A DNA stretch of 64,000 nucleotides, from positions 788-64,787 of the IMG/VR virus record IMGVR_UViG_3300021962_000097, one strand, 5' to 3'. Under the pieces are notes generated by a model. It saw only the letters and a list, made by a program, of their open reading frames with translations. It was not told the DNA's origin and searched no databases. A program made the position numbers and the translations under genes. Positions 59,732-64,000 of the stretch are shown piece after piece; position 1 is the first letter of the stretch, and the number at the start of each line of letters is the position of its first letter. The DNA comes from a virus. Lineage: Duplodnaviria > Caudoviricetes.

Positions 59732-59737
59732 TAAATA
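59732..59737 (+). promoter_or_regulatory. Putative late promoter TAAATA
   Basis: GATAAATA 6 nt before ATG 59744; no RBS. Confidence 0.6.
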
Positions 59738-59743
59738 TACTAT

Positions 59744-60373
59744 ATGGCAAATTCCGACAAAAACATAGTTATTACACCCAATGTAGGCAGCTCAACAGCA
59801 CAGCCTAACGTTGTTTATACGGGGCAAAACAATACTCCTATTACTCTACGGGTCGCTGATGATGGTACACTAAGTTGGGAAGCCAGCAGCGGTAGACTAA
59901 TGTCTGCTATAACCAGTCAAACTAGCACACTGTTCAGTGTTAACGATGCATCGGGCTTGCCAGTTTTTGAAATAACAAATACCAGCATTGTAGCCTATGC
60001 TCCTATCACAGGAGCAGCAGGATCTACACTGATGACGGACATTAGCGGTCTAGCCGATGGCAGTCGTTCAGTGTTTGACATAAAAAATGAGCAAACTATT
60101 ATAAGCTCAACTTATATCACTGATAGTAAGGATGTAGAAGTTGTAGTTAACGGACAACAACTAACGCCTTACACACAACCCCAACCTAGTGCTTGGATAT
60201 CAGCTTTTGACAGCTATTCCAGTAAGATGTTTAGGGTAAGAGAAAATCGGCTAATTATATACAACGCCCCAGATGTTGGCAGTCAAATAAGCGTTACAAT
60301 AAAAAAGACTGCGGCAACACGACAAAGACAAAGATATCCGTTTAGACCAGCAATGATTGCCTTAGGAGATTAA
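59744..60373 (+). CDS. Virion structural protein (hypothetical)
   Basis: MANSDKNIVITPN; LFSVNDASGLP fibre motif; VVVNGQ..IIYNAP beta-module. Confidence 0.75.
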   Translation: MANSDKNIVITPNVGSSTAQPNVVYTGQNNTPITLRVADDGTLSWEASSGRLMSAITSQTSTLFSVNDASGLPVFEITNTSIVAYAPITGAAGSTLMTDISGLADGSRSVFDIKNEQTIISSTYITDSKDVEVVVNGQQLTPYTQPQPSAWISAFDSYSSKMFRVRENRLIIYNAPDVGSQISVTIKKTAATRQRQRYPFRPAMIALGD

Positions 60374-60378
60374 CAAAA

Positions 60379-63300
60379 ATGGCCAAGCACGTAATTTTAG
60401 AAGCATACACATTTACCCCAAGTACTCGCACAATAGCGATTACAGGTAAATCTATCAGAAGAGAACAACTGCTTCTAATCACCAACACTACTACCAACAC
60501 GGTAATTTATAATTTTTCTGACCCAGATTTGAAGGCAACTAGTTATACTAATGCAGTCAGCACTACAACTGGTCAAGAAACAACTACAGTAGTTTTAAAC
60601 TATAATACAACTGCAATGTCGTCAACAGACAAATTGAGTATTATGGTTGAAGAAATTTATACTGAGATAATACCTTCAGAAACCATGCGAGATCCGGTGG
60701 ATAAAATGCGTGTGTCAACTCCGCAGAGTTTAATCGACACTGACTTTGAATACGGAACTCAACCTACCAAGTGGGAAAGTTTGCAAATGTTGAATAATCG
60801 TCCTAGTTCATTTTACGATTCAACACAATATGTTTTACTTAGTGCGATAACATCATCGACTACTACTGTAAGTGTGACCATGCAGGCGTTTAGTGGTAGC
60901 ATCACAACCAGCGCAGCCGTTTCTACTATTACTGGTATTGCTAGTACAGCAGGACTTTATCCTGGTATGACGTTGCTTAAACAAAGCGGTACCGGTACGC
61001 TAGGTGCAAATGCAGCTATTATCAGTGTTGACAGTGCAACACAGGTTACCGTACAAGGTACTTCTGCTCATACTGCTGGAACTATTGTGTTTACACTGAC
61101 TATGCCCAGTGTAGGTCAACCAATATTTGTACAAGGTACATTAGATACTGGGTATGCAGATGGCTGGTGGCTATGCACTGCCAGTACTGCAGCAACCGGT
61201 GTGTTTACCTACAGCACTACTGTTGCACCGACTATGATTGGCGGCACACTTTTTGACGGTACAAAGACTTTTATCTATTACGGTACATTTTATACTGGCG
61301 CACTAATTCCATGGGGTGGTACAGCCATTGTTACAGACGGTACTAGAGCCACAGTGACTACTACAAACGGTCACGGACTTCGTATCGGTGACAGTGTCTT
61401 TGTAGTGGGTACTACTACTAACACTGCTCTAAACAATACATGGATAGTTGAACGAACATTAACCAGTAATACATTTACTTTCTTAACATCGGCAGCAGCT
61501 ACTACACATACTACTCCTTCGGTAGCCGGCGTTAGCGGATTATATCCAAGAGGTCAAGGATATGTTGTACATAGACCGTTTGACGGCGGCGTACAGTTCA
61601 GTGATGTAGTACCATATCACGGTTATCAAGTTATTCGTCAAACTAGACGACAATTCCGTTATCAATCTGGTAAAGCTATGCAGTTCTCAACGGGTAGTAT
61701 TATGAAACCGTCGTTGGTAGTTGATAACATCACCAATGGCGGCAGTGGCGCAACAGTTACAGTAACTTGCAAGTATCCACATGGATTGCTACCAGGTGGA
61801 TACATTAAGGTCAGTGGTTCTCTTGATGCAGCGTATAATGGTATTTTTGTTGTGGCCACAGTAACTAGCACACGAGTATTCACTTATACAAGTACAGCAT
61901 TATATACAGCTTCAGGCAATAGTACAACACTAACACTAACTGCTGGTACTACACCAAGTACAGCTCCAGCTCCAGGATTTCCGTTAACGGTTAGTCCATA
62001 TGCTTGGTACGGATCAGCTAACCGAGTAGGTCTATTTGATGGACAAAACGGTTTCTTCTTTGAGTATGACGGGCAGAACATTTACTGCGTTAAACGATCA
62101 AGCACACAACAGATTAGCGGCAGCTCAGCTGTTCCAACTGGTAGTGCCACAGTAACCGGTACCGGTACTAAGTATAGTCAAGAATTAAAACCAGGTGACT
62201 ATATTGTTCTTCGTGGTATGAGTTATGTCGTGCAGTCTATTGCTTCAGATACTAGCATGTTTATCTATCCTGAGTACAGAGGCGCATCTAATGTTAGTAA
62301 CGTAATCATTAGCAAGACTATTGACAGCAAATATGTACAAAGTTCATGGAATATTGACAAGATGGATGGCACCGGTGCAAGCCTGTACAACTTAGATCTT
62401 ACACGTATGCAGATGTTCTACATCGATTACACATGGTACGGTGCTGGTGCAATACGCTTTGGATTCAAGAATAATCGTGGTGAAGTTATCTATTGCCACA
62501 GAATTCCAAACAATAACATAAACACAGAAGCATACATGCGTTCTGGTAACTTGGTAGCACGATATGAGACTAACAGTCTTGCACCATATACCTATTTGAC
62601 CAGTACGTTGACCAGCGGCGTTACTGCCAGTATGGCTGTGGCAGATACTAGTTTATTCCCAAGTTCTGCCACTGTAGTGGTTAGCCAAAGTGGAAATACA
62701 GGTGCTGTTATTGAGTACGTTCAATACACTGGTAAAACCGGTACCACACTAACGGGCCTAACACGCAACTATCAAGGTATTACTATACCAGGTGCTGGCT
62801 CAGCCGCAGGCGGAAGTGGAGCAGCAACAACCTTTACTGTAACAGGTGCAACTACAGCCAGTGCAGGCGGAACAGCACCTGTCAAGGTTGAATTCTACGG
62901 CCCAAGCCAAGCCAGTACTATTGGACACTGGGGTTCAGCAGTTATCATGGACGGGCGCTATGACGATGATAAATCTCTAGTGTTCGTTGGCGGTATGAAC
63001 AGAAGTCAGTTGATCAGCAACGTGGCTCAAGATGCAACTGTTCCTTTAATCAGCCTTCGTATTAGTCCAAGTATTGATAACGGCTTAACTGGTGTACTAG
63101 GTTCTAGAGAAATTGTGAATCGTATGCAGTTGGTCATGCGATCACTGTCAACTATTACTACAGGTACAAATTGTACCTTCTTGATCTCTTTGAGATTGAA
63201 TGGTCGTGTCAGTGCAGGCGTGTTCACTAGTGTAGGTGGTTCAAGTCTAGCACAGCTTGCTGTACATACTAGTGGTACAACTATTCTTGGCGGTGAAAAC

Positions 63301-63528
63301 GTATTTGGTTTCTATACTGCCAGCGGTGTTAACACAGAAGACTTGAATCAAGTTCGTGACTTAGGTACTAGTATTCTAGGCGGAGGTACAACTAACACAT
63401 GTCCAACTACTGCTAATAATGTGTATCCAGACGGTCCTGATATTATTACAATTTGTGCGACTAACGTGACCACAGTAACTACTAACTCAATTCTAGCACG
63501 TATTAGCTGGACAGAAGCACAGGCTTAA
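60379..63528 (+). CDS. Large virion structural protein (1,049 aa)
   Basis: YTFTP..LLLITNTT.N.VIYNFSD N-terminus; DPVDKMRVSTPQSLIDTDFEYG.Q.TKWE; RQTRRQFRYQSGK; YIDYTWYGAG.IRFG; AGGAG RBS. Confidence 0.8.
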   Translation: MAKHVILEAYTFTPSTRTIAITGKSIRREQLLLITNTTTNTVIYNFSDPDLKATSYTNAVSTTTGQETTTVVLNYNTTAMSSTDKLSIMVEEIYTEIIPSETMRDPVDKMRVSTPQSLIDTDFEYGTQPTKWESLQMLNNRPSSFYDSTQYVLLSAITSSTTTVSVTMQAFSGSITTSAAVSTITGIASTAGLYPGMTLLKQSGTGTLGANAAIISVDSATQVTVQGTSAHTAGTIVFTLTMPSVGQPIFVQGTLDTGYADGWWLCTASTAATGVFTYSTTVAPTMIGGTLFDGTKTFIYYGTFYTGALIPWGGTAIVTDGTRATVTTTNGHGLRIGDSVFVVGTTTNTALNNTWIVERTLTSNTFTFLTSAAATTHTTPSVAGVSGLYPRGQGYVVHRPFDGGVQFSDVVPYHGYQVIRQTRRQFRYQSGKAMQFSTGSIMKPSLVVDNITNGGSGATVTVTCKYPHGLLPGGYIKVSGSLDAAYNGIFVVATVTSTRVFTYTSTALYTASGNSTTLTLTAGTTPSTAPAPGFPLTVSPYAWYGSANRVGLFDGQNGFFFEYDGQNIYCVKRSSTQQISGSSAVPTGSATVTGTGTKYSQELKPGDYIVLRGMSYVVQSIASDTSMFIYPEYRGASNVSNVIISKTIDSKYVQSSWNIDKMDGTGASLYNLDLTRMQMFYIDYTWYGAGAIRFGFKNNRGEVIYCHRIPNNNINTEAYMRSGNLVARYETNSLAPYTYLTSTLTSGVTASMAVADTSLFPSSATVVVSQSGNTGAVIEYVQYTGKTGTTLTGLTRNYQGITIPGAGSAAGGSGAATTFTVTGATTASAGGTAPVKVEFYGPSQASTIGHWGSAVIMDGRYDDDKSLVFVGGMNRSQLISNVAQDATVPLISLRISPSIDNGLTGVLGSREIVNRMQLVMRSLSTITTGTNCTFLISLRLNGRVSAGVFTSVGGSSLAQLAVHTSGTTILGGENVFGFYTASGVNTEDLNQVRDLGTSILGGGTTNTCPTTANNVYPDGPDIITICATNVTTVTTNSILARISWTEAQA

Positions 63529-63541
63529 TAGGAGAGTAAAG

Positions 63542-63925
63542 ATGTCAACTAGAGACTATAGTGTACATCAAGTTAGTTCAACTGCACCTAGTGGTGGAAA
63601 AGTCGGTGACGAGTATTATAATCCAACGACTAATAAACTCTATAAATATGTTGCTTTAAATGGGACTAGTCCTGCTTATGCAGAAACTCTGACAGCAGAT
63701 GCCAACGGTAATATAGGCTTTGGCAAAACTGCCGCTTATAAACTTGATGTAGCAGGCACTGTGAATGCTACTTTTGTTCGCGCAGCAGTGATACTGACTA
63801 ATCAAATTATTGATCAAAATCTAGTCATAGGCGGTGGCAACAATGGATTAAGTGTAGGACCTGTTAGCCTGACAGCAGGTAATACCATAACTGTAAGCGC
63901 AGGACAAAGACATATCATACTATGA
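63542..63925 (+). CDS. Small fibre-associated hypothetical protein
   Basis: AGGAG RBS; GNIGFG..YKLDVAG fibre motif; N.LSVGPVSL..TITV. Confidence 0.75.
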   Translation: MSTRDYSVHQVSSTAPSGGKVGDEYYNPTTNKLYKYVALNGTSPAYAETLTADANGNIGFGKTAAYKLDVAGTVNATFVRAAVILTNQIIDQNLVIGGGNNGLSVGPVSLTAGNTITVSAGQRHIIL

Positions 63926-64000
63926 CAACTCTAATCACCGGCGTTACATATACAAGTGGATGGCAAGTAACTGCTGACACAACTGGCACACTGAACATAC
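63922..64000 (+). CDS. Partial CDS (5' end only)
   Basis: ATGA overlap with the previous stop; MTTLITGVTYTSGWQVTADTTGTLNI, open to the window end. Confidence 0.6.
   Translation, partial: MTTLITGVTYTSGWQVTADTTGTLNI

Overview
A 64-kb, gene-dense, AT-rich segment of a large T4-superfamily-like tailed phage (myovirus-type baseplate). No host chromosomal genes, rRNA, tRNA, CRISPR or IS elements were seen. From left to right: (i) a minus-strand baseplate operon, comprising a giant >3,960-aa ORF missing from the ORF track because it runs off the window, then gp6-, gp25-, gp5-, hub-, gp53- and gp48/54-like genes; (ii) a sigma70-driven plus-strand operon with a gp55-like late sigma factor, gp47/gp46 (Mre11/Rad50-like), a small basic protein and a GIY-YIG nuclease, followed by a ~430-nt GC-enriched, extensively base-paired non-coding region; (iii) gp26/gp51-like chaperone genes joined by an in-frame -1 slippery site, divergent from a tape-measure gene; (iv) the head module (portal, core proteins, protease, scaffold, major capsid) and a 2OG-Fe(II) oxygenase; (v) ~27 kb of large fibre/virion proteins. 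The most notable observations are four tandem phycobiliprotein-like (C-x-R-D) repeats inside a fibre protein, the candidate large structured RNA behind the GIY-YIG gene, the putative programmed -1 frameshift, two short structured 5' leaders, and a TAAATA late-promoter system with apparently leaderless transcripts. All calls come from reading the sequence and recalled family motifs; no searches or folding programs were run.
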